Shown here: in pieces, positions 53,344-63,379 of the stretch
Numbering within the stretch: the stretch's first letter is position 1
Layout of the letters: every line of letters starts with the position of its first letter
Origin: Bacteroidota bacterium
Lineage (GTDB): Bacteria; Bacteroidota; Bacteroidia; AKYH767-A; OLB10
NCBI GenBank assembly: GCA_016713445.1
Contig: JADJPB010000012.1
Location: 90,836-154,835 of the forward strand
DNA length: 64,000 bases
Reading direction: 5' to 3'
Notes under the pieces: model-generated
Seen by the model: only the letters and a program-made list of their open reading frames with translations
The model's database searches: none
Told to the model about the DNA's origin: nothing
Made by a program: the position numbers and the translations under genes

Positions 53344-53802
53344 TTACTTGCGAGTTAAGAGATAATTATGGTTGCCTAAAATCTCTTGTCCTTGATTGTC
53401 TAGTTTTTTCAAGATGGAATCGCTAATTACTTTATAATTAAGAGGCGGTAATTCTTTAACGGCGGATAGTTGAAGTATTGTGGAAACGCTATCTGTGGCT
53501 GTTAGTCGGGTAAAAGTACCCGAGCGAAGGAAAACGGAATCTGGATTTGTTTTTCCCATATAAGTCTCCGTTAGGAAATAACTTAGACTATCGTTGTTAA
53601 GTACTAAATTTGTTTTTATCCCCATGCAATCGGCGCATGGTAAAATTCCTTCAAAAGTAAATTCTGCTGCGGTTGGAGTTAGCCCATCAAAAAAATCGGT
53701 TTCTACGGTGTCGACAGTAACAGTAGCATTTTGTGTGTTTCGAGTACAAGCACTATTTTGAAGTAAGCCTAGGAGGGCTATACTCCATATAATTTTTTTC
53801 AT
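53344..53802 (-). CDS. NlpE N-terminal-domain-like lipoprotein
   Basis: The lipoprotein signal is MKKIIWSIALLGLLQNSAC. The motif GILPCADCMGIKTNLVL matches the CxxC-containing NlpE_N signature. Confidence 0.55.
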   Translation of the reverse strand: MKKIIWSIALLGLLQNSACTRNTQNATVTVDTVETDFFDGLTPTAAEFTFEGILPCADCMGIKTNLVLNNDSLSYFLTETYMGKTNPDSVFLRSGTFTRLTATDSVSTILQLSAVKELPPLNYKVISDSILKKLDNQGQEILGNHNYLLTRK

Positions 53803-53858
53803 TCTTAATTGATTTGATAGAGCAAAATACAAAAAAAAATTTACCCTGCAATTTTATT

Positions 53859-54333
53859 TTATTCGGTGTACGTAACTTTTAGAGAGCCACTGCTGATAGT
53901 TTTGTTTAATCCAAGCGGACTTTTTAGAGTTCCACTAAAATTAGCTTCCAACACATTAGTACTCGTATTGTTCGATAAGATCACAAGTGTTGCTGGATTT
54001 CCATTGGTGCTTTCCCAAGCCATTCCGAGTTGATCGGTATGTAAAATATGATTGGAATCTGACGTCATAGAATATGTTCCGGGCATTACATTATCTAACT
54101 CCATCGTGAAAGTTTCTCCCGTTAGCGCGATTCCATTAACTGTCATAACACTGCTTTGGTCACCGAACAAGCTCGCATTTGCACAAGTTTGTGTCCCGCC
54201 TGAAGTCCATTTTAAATGACCGTTTGGTAATTCGCAGTTGTCAGTAAGGACTGCCGGGAGCAATTCTTTTTGCTTTTCGCAGGCGGTCAATATTGAAAAA
54301 GAAAAGGGCAGCAATACAAATTGTATTTTTCAT
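53859..54333 (-). CDS. Hypothetical lipoprotein; one frame break in the signal peptide
   Basis: The ATG at 54333 gives MKNTICIA.., which joins ..PFSFSILTACEKQ (lipobox) if one base is removed near 54306-54312. Confidence 0.4.
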
Positions 54334-54346
54334 ATATAAGAGATGT

Positions 54347-57002
54347 TTATTTCTTTTTAAAGAGGCCGTTCATCGCATCCTTTGCCTTCTTTTCTGCTTC
54401 TTTCTTGAGTCTTTCTTTTTCTGCTTTTACTTTTTCTTCAGCTTCTTTTTTCAATCTTTCTTTTTCTGCGTTTACTTTATCCTCAGCTTCTTTTTCAATC
54501 GGTCGGCTTCTTCTTTCGCTTTATTTTCAAGCTCTTCTTTCTTTTGATTGATTTCTTCTTTGACTTTATCTTTAGCAGCATCAATGATATTTCCTGTTGT
54601 CGATTTTAAATCCGTACTCACTGTAGGTTTTGTGACTGTTCCACCCATCAATAAATTTAATTTCACATTTTCGGCCATACTTAAGTTGGCTCCTTTTGAG
54701 TTTGCACTGGAGATGAGTCCGCCGATTGCACTGCTTGCTGCTCCTGGTAGTTTGGAAGTTGGGATGTTCATTCCCAACGTATAGTCGATGGTTTGATCGA
54801 AACCTGTACTTCCTTGAACCGTTGTTGGTATTCCTACTAAATTCACATCAAAAGGTTTCACGATGGCTCTGCCATTTTCGATGGTATAACTAAAATTAAC
54901 ATTTTTCACAGGAAGTTGCTTGAATTGATCGAGCTTAAGTGTTTCTGCTACTTTCAATAGAGGACCAAAACTATTGATCACAACCGACTCTGTATTTAAT
55001 TTTCCTTCTCCTGACATGGAGTTCAAGTCAGGTTCCATATGCTCATTCAACTTAGTTTTGATGTTAAGTGTAGTTGAGAATTTACCCGTTGCATTTTGGG
55101 CGATGGGTGCCATCTTCCTCACCGACTCAAAAGCATTCACTGTTTGTTGAATATCAAATCCAGTGATGTTCATATCAAAGGCCATGTTCGCTGATTTGCG
55201 CTCGGGGGTGGCGTACGATCCACTCATCTTCATAGATCCAGAAAGTGTATTGAAACTTAGATTTTCCATGTTGATGGCTTGATTACGGATAACTACTTTT
55301 CCACTGACATTATCTAAAACTAAATTATCATAAAGCAATTTAGCGACGGCTACATTAGTTGTAAAATCTATGTTCGCTGGAACTTCAATAACAGACATAG
55401 GAGTAGTATCCGTTGCAGCTGTTGTGGTTGATGACGAACTGCCACCGTTCATTGCAACTAAATCCAGTAAGCGGCTATTAATATTTAGACTTCCTTTGAG
55501 TGTTTCTTTTTTAATAACGTAAGCCAATAAATTATCTAATCGGCCATCGGCACGAACATCGCTTTTGCCGAGCATTGCATCAAAATTATTAAGTTCCACA
55601 AATCGTGGATTGAAAGTCAATTTTACTTCGTTTAAGTCGTAACCTTGTGTACTTTCTTTCGTGTTATATTTAAAATTATTCAATTGAATGAGTCCATCGG
55701 CTTGAAAATCTTCATATCGTTCTTGATCAATGGCCGACATTCTTCCATTAATATTCACATCTGCCTTTAACATTCCACTCATTGTTGTTCCTTCATCCAA
55801 AGGAACGACCTTACTGATGCTTGCAAAATTGATATTTCCTTTTAAACTTCCTTTAATGTCGGCATCACTTACTGGAGTACGCACGCTTAGCTTAGCGTCA
55901 AAAGGTTGGTTGCCTAATTCCACATGCAATTGTTGTAAATCAATCATTGTATGATCGGGTACACCATCTGCATTTTTAATATCTAAATTTAATTGAACAT
56001 TATTTATTGCAACAGGCAAAGAAGGATATTGGAAATTTCCGTTTTGTACTTTTAGATTAACTCCAAATCCGGGCATCTGCTTTTCATTGTATGTCCCTTT
56101 CACAAAAGCTTTCAAGGCCAGTGTTCCCGATGATTTCACCTCCTTAAATCCATCTCTAAATACGCCGGGAATCATCGACATAAAATTCTTAAAATCATTT
56201 TGACGCGCTTCAAATTTCATGTCCATCGTTATATCATCAGTCGGCATGGCCAACCAGCCGTCTATTCCTAAAACAAGTTCATTCAAAGCAATTTCATTTT
56301 CTTTAAAGGTAAATTTCATATTGGGCATGTCCATGTCTAAATCTATTTTCAAGGCAGTCCTTGCTCGATGCAAATATTTAACGCCCCCAAACCATAAATT
56401 GGTTTGTTCAATATTGGTTTGCGTGCTCAATACAAATAGATCTTGTGTGAAATCACCTTTGCCTGAATGATTAAAATCGTTCATCAGCATATTGAAATCC
56501 ATACTCGCATCTTCATAAGAAATCATTCCGTTAGAAATGCTGTACGAGCGTAATGCTACTTTGAACTTCGAAGGTTCTCCACTTCCTTCAGATGCTGTTG
56601 TATCTGGTTTAGCAATATCCCAGTTCGCTTTTCCATCTTTCAACACGATGAGATGAATGCGTGGTTGATTTAACTTCACCGACTTGATATCAATTTGTCC
56701 GCCGCCAATTACACTCATGATGTCTATCGTAAGTGAAAGTTGTTTCATTCCGGCTAATGTATCGCCAACAAAGGTGCCTGATTCACTACGCTCAATCCAT
56801 TGAGTTCAATGCTTAAGTTAGGGAAGCTTTTAAAAATAGTGAGATCGTAACTGCTAAAATCCACTTTTGCATTAATGCTTTTGTTGATTTCTTCCTTGAC
56901 CATCGTCTCAATTTTTCCTTTGTACATGATGGGTAAAATGAAAGCTGCTGCTAGGAGCAAAACGATAAATGATCCTAAGCCAATAAGTATTTTCTTTAAC
57001 AT
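54347..57002 (-). CDS. AsmA-family outer-membrane biogenesis protein with K/E-rich repeat tail; two frame breaks
   Basis: The N-terminal anchor is MLKKILIGLGSFIVLLLAAAFILP, followed by a long beta-rich body. The breaks are at A3 56770-56772 and T5 54491-54495 (each one base short). The corrected tail is ..RLKKEAEDKVNAEKERLKKEAEEKVKAEKERLKKEAEKKAKDAMNGLFKKK*. Confidence 0.7.
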
Positions 57003-57097
57003 GAAGGGATGTGTTTAATCTACAACGCAAAAATCGGAAGAAAAAGTGCCGAGTTGGACCGAAAAAGAAATGTTTTTGAGAATGGTTTTTAACAATT

Positions 57098-58197
57098 TCA
57101 ACCTTCCATCTTCGCTATTTTATTTCGGAGCCAATGATCGGCTAAAACGATGGCACACATAGCTTCCACAATGGGAACCGCGCGCGGCAAAACGCAAGGA
57201 TCGTGTCGGCCTTTACCGGCTAAGGTGACCTGTTTCCTTCTTTGTCAACGGTTTGTTGGGCCATCATTAGGGTAGAAACTGCTTTAAATGCCACGTTAAA
57301 AACGATATCGGCACCGTTACTGATGCCGCCTTGCACGCCACCACTATGGTTGGTGATGGTTTTGAAGCGAGGATGACCTCTTCGATCAATTTCAGCGGCA
57401 AAAGCGTCGTTGAATTCACTTCCTTTTAATTTGGTGCCTTCAAATCCGCTTCCAATTTCAAATCCTTTTGCAGCATTGATGCTCATCATCGCCGCCGCTA
57501 AATCGGCTTGCAGCTTATTAAAAACAGGTTCGCCCAAACCCGAAGGAACTTTTTTCGCAACGCAAGTGATCACTCCGCCAACGGTGTCACCATTGTTTCT
57601 AATTTTTTCAATGAGGGCAATCATTTTTTCAGCCGTTGCTTTTTCCGGACAACGTACTAAATTTTCTTCTGTCGATTCTAAATCGAGTTGCGTATAAGGA
57701 ACCGTAACATGAATATCTGCCACACTACTCACATATCCTGAAATTTGAATATCGTGATGCGCCAATAAAAGTTTTGCAACAGCACCGGCCATCACTCGAG
57801 CTGCGGTTTCTCGTGCGGAGGAACGTCCGCCACCACGATGATCGCGGAAACCATATTTCTGATCGTAAGTAAAATCGGCATGACCTGGACGCCAGTTTTC
57901 TTTTACATGCTCGTAATCGTCGGGTCGTTGATCATTATTTTTTATAAAGAGTGCAATAGGAGCACCTGTACTTTTATCTTGAAAAACACCACTTAACACT
58001 TCGACTTTATCGGCTTCATTTCGAGGAGATGTGATTTCACTTTGTCCAGGGCGACGTCGGTTCAATTCTCGTTGGATGAATTCCAAATCAATTTCTAATC
58101 CTGCAGGACAACCATCAATCACCACACCAATACCAACGCCATGCGATTCACCAAAAGTGCTAATGCGAAATGCTTGTCCGAACGAATTACCTGCCAT
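57098..58197 (-). CDS. aroC: Chorismate synthase; one frame break
   Basis: The N-terminus is [20 protein letters not shown]. The C-terminal ..[20 protein letters not shown].. is reached with one base added near 57231-57233. Confidence 0.9.
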
Positions 58198-58324
58198 GGT
58201 GTAAAATTAGTCAATTATAGGATTTGATTTTACTTTTTTATGCCGTTAAGATTAATTATTTAGATTGAAGTATTATGGCATAATGCCGACCTACATAAAA
58301 TAATATTTATCATTCAGACTAGTA

Positions 58325-58815
58325 TTAATGTAGTGTCGGTATATAGAGCATCACAAAATCATTCATGAAATAATTATTTCCAATATCAAAATCTTTCACT
58401 TCTTCAATCGTAAATCCTTTTTTAAAGTAAAAGTTGATGGCTTTTAGATTGGTTCGATTCACGGTCAATCGAATTGTTTTTAGATCATGAATTGCATTGA
58501 AAACGTTATCAAAAAGAAATGCCCTAATCCTTTGCGGTGATGTTGTGTATCGATGTAAAACTTATGTAAGAAGTAATTTCCTTCTTCGGTTTGACTAAAT
58601 GATAAATAACCAAGATCAGTTTTCTCATCCGATATAATAAAAAAGCGATGTCCATCCGTTAATTGTTGCTGCAAGGCTACTTCACTATACATCTTTTCAA
58701 GCATGTATTCAATTTGCTCCATGGAAATGATAGAAGGGTAGTGATCCATCCAAATTTTTCGGGCGAGGGAATGAATGATGGGTATATCAGAAGGTAAGGC
58801 TTCGCGTACTTGCAT
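58325..58815 (-). CDS. GNAT-family N-acetyltransferase; one frame break
   Basis: HHRKGLGHFF is the acetyl-CoA loop. ORF 58480-58815 continues as ..FFDNVFNAIHDLKTIRLTVNRTNLKAINFYFKKGF.. if A5 58511-58515 (T-run on the coding strand) is one longer. Confidence 0.7.
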
Positions 58816-58848
58816 GCAGTAAAAATAGTGGAGTTGATTCTTTCAGCC
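58798..58848. repeat. Direct repeat copy A (GNAT start codon, first 6 codons and about 33 nt upstream)
   Basis: GGCTTCGCGTACTTGCATGCAGTAAAAATAGTGGAGTTGATTCTTTCAGCC. This aligns with 59323-59373. Confidence 0.8.
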
Positions 58849-58910
58849 TAGTTCTTTTTTGATTGCCGCTGGATTTACCACTTATCAATACGAATAATAA
58901 CTTAAAAGAA

Positions 58911-59096
58911 CTAAGCTGATACTTTCTTTTTGATCGATTTTGATGGTTTTTTTACAGCTGATTTTGCAATTGGTTTTATTTTTCCAGTCGCCTTATAATA
59001 AGCGATTATTTCACTTATTTTTTTTCTATCTTCATCATTCAATGGTGTTGATTTAACGAAGAAATCTATACCTTCTGGTTCTTTGACGTATCCCAT
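58911..59096 (-). CDS. Small basic hypothetical protein (61 aa)
   Basis: It is an ORF only, MGYVKEPEGIDFFVKSTPLNDEDRKKISEIIAYYKATGK.. with a Lys-rich tail. It lies inside the segment bounded by the 58798/59323 direct repeats. Confidence 0.3.
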   Translation of the reverse strand: MGYVKEPEGIDFFVKSTPLNDEDRKKISEIIAYYKATGKIKPIAKSAVKKPSKSIKKKVSA

Positions 59097-59322
59097 TTTT
59101 CTAATTATTATTTTGGAAAATATTTTCTAATTAATTTCAATGCTTGTTGTGGGAAAATTATCATTTTGTTTCCACCAACATGCGTTGCTCCTAATGTTTT
59201 TTCATAATGATCCACCAGCTTTGTTTTGGATGTAAAAGATAAGAATTTTTGATGAAGAAAACCATAAAATGCTTCAGTTTTAGAATTGGAATTAGCATTT
59301 TATGTCAACACTAATCACCTTG

Positions 59323-59373
59323 GGCTTCGCGTACTTGCGCGCAGTAAAATTAGTGGATTCATCGCTTTCAACC
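59323..59373. repeat. Direct repeat copy B (degenerate copy of the GNAT 5' end; ATG replaced by GCG)
   Basis: GGCTTCGCGTACTTGCGCGCAGTAAAATTAGTGGATTCATCGCTTTCAACC. It shares blocks of 16, 9 and 7 identical nt with copy A, which lies 525 bp away. Confidence 0.8.
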
Positions 59374-59462
59374 CTTCTTATTTTGATTACACCCTTGTTT
59401 TCAATGCTAAAAATCCATCTTCCCACCCCAAATAGCATCCAAAGAAACCGTAATTTTGCGCC

Positions 59463-61332
59463 ATGAATTTATTTACTGCTGAGGGGATATCGAAAGCCTT
59501 TAATGAGAAGCCATTATTTACGAAAATTGACATTTCTTTACAGGAAGGGCAGAAGATGGCGCTTATTGCGGCCAATGGGAGCGGCAAAACTACTTTAATG
59601 AAAATTATTGCCGGGAAGGAAGTTGCCGATGAGGGTATTGTTTCTTTTCGAAAAGATTTAAGGGTTGGGTATTTAGAGCAGGATCCTCAATTTCCACCCA
59701 CGGCATCAGTGATGGATTGCATTTTTGAACCTGGACATCCTATTCTACATTCTATTGGAGAATACGAGCAACTCATTAATAGCGGAGAGGAAATTGATCC
59801 CGGTAAATTACAGATTGTGATGGATGCCATCGATTCGCTCAACGGCTGGGATTATGAAGCACGTGCTGCAGAAGTATTGGGTAAATTAGGAATTCATCAA
59901 CTCGACAAAGAAACGAAGTTGATGTCGGGCGGACAAAAAAAGCGAATTGCCTTGGCGCGTTTACTCATTGATGATCACGATGTATTATTACTCGATGAGC
60001 CCACCAACCATCTCGACTTAGACATGATTGAGTGGTTAGAGCAATACATTAAGAGATTAAATAAATCCATCATTTTAATTTCCCATGATCGATATTTTTT
60101 GGACAATGTTTGCAATGTCATTGTTGAATTAGATGATAGCAATGTATATACGTACAACGGAAATTATGCGTATTACATGGAGAAGAAAGATGAGCGTGAA
60201 GAGCAAACGAAATCAACGGTCGACAAAGCACGAAATTTATACAAACGGGAATTAGAGTGGATGCGTCGCCAACCAAAAGCGCGAACTACGAAATCTAAAT
60301 CGAGACAAGATTCATTTTACGATACCGAAAAAGTTGCTAAAGGAAAGCGATCCGAAGATAAATTGCAAATGACGATGCAAAATGAATCGATTGGGTAGTA
60401 AAATTCTCGAGTTAGAAAATGTTTGCAAGAGTTACGATGGAAAAGTATTGTTAAAGGATTTCTATTATACCTTCATCAAAGGTGAAAAAATTGGAATCAT
60501 AGGTCGCAATGGCGCGGGTAAATCTACCTTGCTCAACATGATTATGGAGCTTGCCAAACCGGATAAAGGCAGAGTGAAAACGGGCGAAACAGTTGTGTTT
60601 GGTTATTATTCCCAGCAAGGCATGAATTTGCCTGAGGATAAGCGTGTGATCGATGTCGCAAAAGACATTGCTGAGTATGTAGAAACGGGAAATGGAAACT
60701 ATATTGGAGTTTCTCAGTTCTTAAATCATTTCTTATTTACAGGAGCCAAGCAACACGTTTATGTTTCGAAGTTGAGTGGGGGTGAGAAGAAACGTTTGTA
60801 TTTAATGACCATCCTTCTTAAGAATCCAAACTTCTTAATTCTGGATGAGCCCACTAACGATCTAGACATTGTTACCTTAAATATTCTAGAAGAATTTTTA
60901 GAAGGATACAAAGGTTGCCTATTAATGGTAACCCACGACCGTTACTTTATGGATCGTTTAGTAGATCACGTTTTTGTTTTTGATGGTGATGGCGAAATAA
61001 AAGACATTCACGGAAACTACACCGAGTACCGAAGTATCATTGAAGAAGCTCCGGCGAAAAAATCGGAACGTAAACCCACTTTACCTCCTGTAGCTGTTGT
61101 TGAAACTCCAGCAAAGAAAAAAGTAAAGTTAAGTTTCAAGGAGCAAAAAGAACTCGAATCTCTCGAACAAGAAATCGCGCTTTTAGAAAAGAAGAAAGAA
61201 ATGCTTCTCAATAAAATGAACACAGCTCTTCCCATCGATGAAATACAAAAATGCTCAGTCGATTTTCAAGATACCGAGAAAAAGTTGGATGCGAAGTCGA
61301 TGCGGTGGTTGGAGTTGTCGGAGGGTGTGTAA
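59463..61332 (+). CDS. ABC-F family ATPase (two ABC cassettes, no TM domain; Uup/YbiT-like); one frame break
   Basis: The Walker A motifs are GANGSGKTT and GRNGAGKST. The signature motifs are LSGGQKKR and LSGGEKKR. A C-terminal coiled coil is present. ORFs 59463-60398 and 60382-61332 join if A4 60379-60382 is A3. Confidence 0.85.
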
Positions 61333-61366
61333 GCTTCTAGCTTCTAGCCGCAAGCGCAAGCTGCAA
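61332..61366. repeat. 7-bp stutter AGCTTCT AGCTTCT AGCCGCA AGCGCAA GCTGCAA followed by T8
   Basis: It starts inside the ABC-F stop codon. It shares the 17-nt string AGCTTCTAGCTTCTAGC with 45696-45712. Confidence 0.85.
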
Positions 61367-61414
61367 GTTTTTTTTCGAGGCGAATTATTTCTAATTCCGA
61401 AAAGTATTATGTAG

Positions 61415-61466
61415 ACCCCCGCGCCCGCCGCGCTCCCGACGCTTCGGGACGCTGCGTTCCCCGCGG
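61415..61466. repeat. Isolated GC-rich island with 7-bp phasing
   Basis: It reads CCCCGCG CCCGCCG CGCTCCC GACGCTT CGGGACG CTGCGTT CCCCGCG. The first and last heptads are identical. The central hairpin is CCCGA-CGCT-TCGGG. The surrounding sequence is AT-rich. Confidence 0.7.
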
Positions 61467-61606
61467 TTAAACTATAAATATTTTTAAAACTAAAATTTCA
61501 AAAGGTTGCAAAAAGCAAATTTCGCCTTTCGTGTTCATTCGCATTTCGCGTCCTCATAAGTTCGAGGTATGCTAAAATTTTAATGTCAACTCAAACATCT
61601 TCTTCC

Positions 61607-62410
61607 CTAAAGCACTCCCGTACCTTTCCCTTCATAAAACTCCACCCACTGTACGCCTTTCACGGCATTCGTTAAAATAATTTCATCAGCTTCTAACACA
61701 TCGTTGGGATGAATTTTTTCTTCTTTGCATTCAATTCCATGCTGCTTTGCCACTTGCATAAAATACATTCTAAAAACACCATTGATGCATCCTTCCGAAA
61801 GTGGGGAAGTGATGAGAATATTGTTTTTTACAATGAAGAAATTGCTGCTTAAGGCTTCAATAAGATTTCCAGATGTATTCATCACCAATACCTCGTCCCA
61901 TTTATGTTGTCGACAATAAATTCCTGCCATCACATAGAACTGACTGCTGAGCGATTTTAAACATGAATAGGGTCCTGCCGCCTTAGTTTGTTGTTGGTAA
62001 ATCCCTGCTTTTAACCCTTGGGTTGGAAAAACATACGGACCATCTAACGGAGTGCAAGTGATGAGGTAGGATGTAGTATTGTTTTCAGGTGTATAAGCTC
62101 CGGTACTTTCTCTAAAGATATTTAGTCGCACTCGGCTGAAGTCGGAAATATGATTTGACTTCACCAAATCTAAAATCATAGTGTTTAAGTCGGAAGCAGA
62201 TGGGAAATTACGTACATCCATCTGTAAAAGTTCGATGTTTCCTAGCAGACGATCGTAATGCAAATCGAAACGAAGTATTTTTCCATGTTCAAATCGCATC
62301 GACTCAAAAAATCCATCTCCATATAGGAAGCCTCTGTTGTGTACAAGCAGATTCAATTCCGTTTCCGGAATTAGATTTCCTATGTAAACGACGTTGGCGA
62401 TTTTTCCCAT
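61607..62410 (-). CDS. Class-IV (fold type IV) PLP enzyme, aminodeoxychorismate lyase / branched-chain aminotransferase-like
   Basis: About 267 aa from MGKIANV. The motif NRGFLYGDGFFES is present and the length is typical of the PabC/IlvE family. Confidence 0.7.
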   Translation of the reverse strand: MGKIANVVYIGNLIPETELNLLVHNRGFLYGDGFFESMRFEHGKILRFDLHYDRLLGNIELLQMDVRNFPSASDLNTMILDLVKSNHISDFSRVRLNIFRESTGAYTPENNTTSYLITCTPLDGPYVFPTQGLKAGIYQQQTKAAGPYSCLKSLSSQFYVMAGIYCRQHKWDEVLVMNTSGNLIEALSSNFFIVKNNILITSPLSEGCINGVFRMYFMQVAKQHGIECKEEKIHPNDVLEADEIILTNAVKGVQWVEFYEGKGTGVL

Positions 62411-62411
62411 C

Positions 62412-63029
62412 TTAGAAACCATTCATCAGTTGATCAGAGAAGTAGAAAATTAAGTCGGGCTTGAGTGCAATGGTGTAAAGCACACCAAAGATAGCACCCC
62501 AGAAATGTGCATCGTGATTGATGCCTGTTGAGTTTTCGCTTTTGGAGAGTTTGTATTCTGCAAATAAATAAAGCGGACCTCAAATAATTCCAGGCACACC
62601 AATGATTCCGAAGAAATACATTTTACTCCAAGGCTGAAAAATAATAGCAGCAAAGATGATGGCTGAAACTCCGCCCGAAGCACCCAATGAATTATACCAG
62701 TGGTTGTCTTTGTTCTTCGCTAACGAAGGACCGTTGGCTACGAGAATAGCTCCTAAATATAAGATAATGAAATAGAGCATGCCTTTCTCTTCAAAAATTA
62801 CATTGTAGTAATTTTCTACCGCCATACCGAATCCATAAAAGGCAAAGAGGTTAAAGAATAAATGCATGAAATCGGCGTGAATGAATCCAGAACTGAGCAT
62901 GCGCCACCATTGGTTGCGATGATGGACTAAGTAAGGATTTAAAATCCACTTTCTTTTTAATTCTTCATTTGAGAAGGCAACCAGCGACATCACTATTGTT
63001 GCAACCAGAAAGATCATCGTTAAACTCAT
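62412..63029 (-). CDS. Rhomboid-family intramembrane serine protease interrupted by an in-frame TGA
   Basis: The motifs HADFMHLFFNL and the catalytic GASGG are present. After a TGA at 62580-62582 the same frame continues as GPLYLFAEYKL..HDAHFWGAIFGVLY (catalytic His) to the TAA at 62412-62414. Confidence 0.8.
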
Positions 63030-63098
63030 GGGGTAAAGATAGGTGCAATGAGGGAATTGGCAATTGGAATTATTCGATTCAAACAAAGCTTTTTAGGG

Positions 63099-63138
63099 AA
63101 CGCTGATGACGCTGATTATTATGATTTTCACGGATATG
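63099..63138. repeat. 40-bp dispersed intergenic element, copy 2
   Basis: AACGCTGATGACGCTGATTATTATGATTTTCACGGATATG. It is 33/40 identical to 28277-28316. Confidence 0.85.
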
Positions 63139-63379
63139 ATTATTCTAACTTTAAACTTATTTATCTCGAGGTTTTCTCAGTGACCTCTGTGAAAAACTTA
63201 GTGTTCTTTGTGGTTAAAGAAAATAGATATGAAAACAATAATTTTAATTAGAGTGATGAATTTATTTATTTTATGGAGGATCTTATTCTTCTAACTACTT
63301 AAATTTCAATATTGTCAAAGGTTAAACATTTGTATTCGTTTAAAACCAAGTAGGCTTTATTAGTTGATGATTTTTGCAC

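Noticed and set aside
54293-54551. Two overlapping + strand ORFs rich in F/S/L (84 and 76 aa)
   Set aside because: They lie antisense to the K/E-rich repeat tail of the AsmA-like gene. They are low-complexity mirror images of AAG/GAA codons.
63048-63251. 67-aa ORF (..NADDADYYDFHGYDY..)
   Set aside because: It lies entirely within the stutter-repeat spacer and includes copy 2 of the 40-bp element. Its peptide similarity to the other locus comes from the DNA repeat, not from a protein family.
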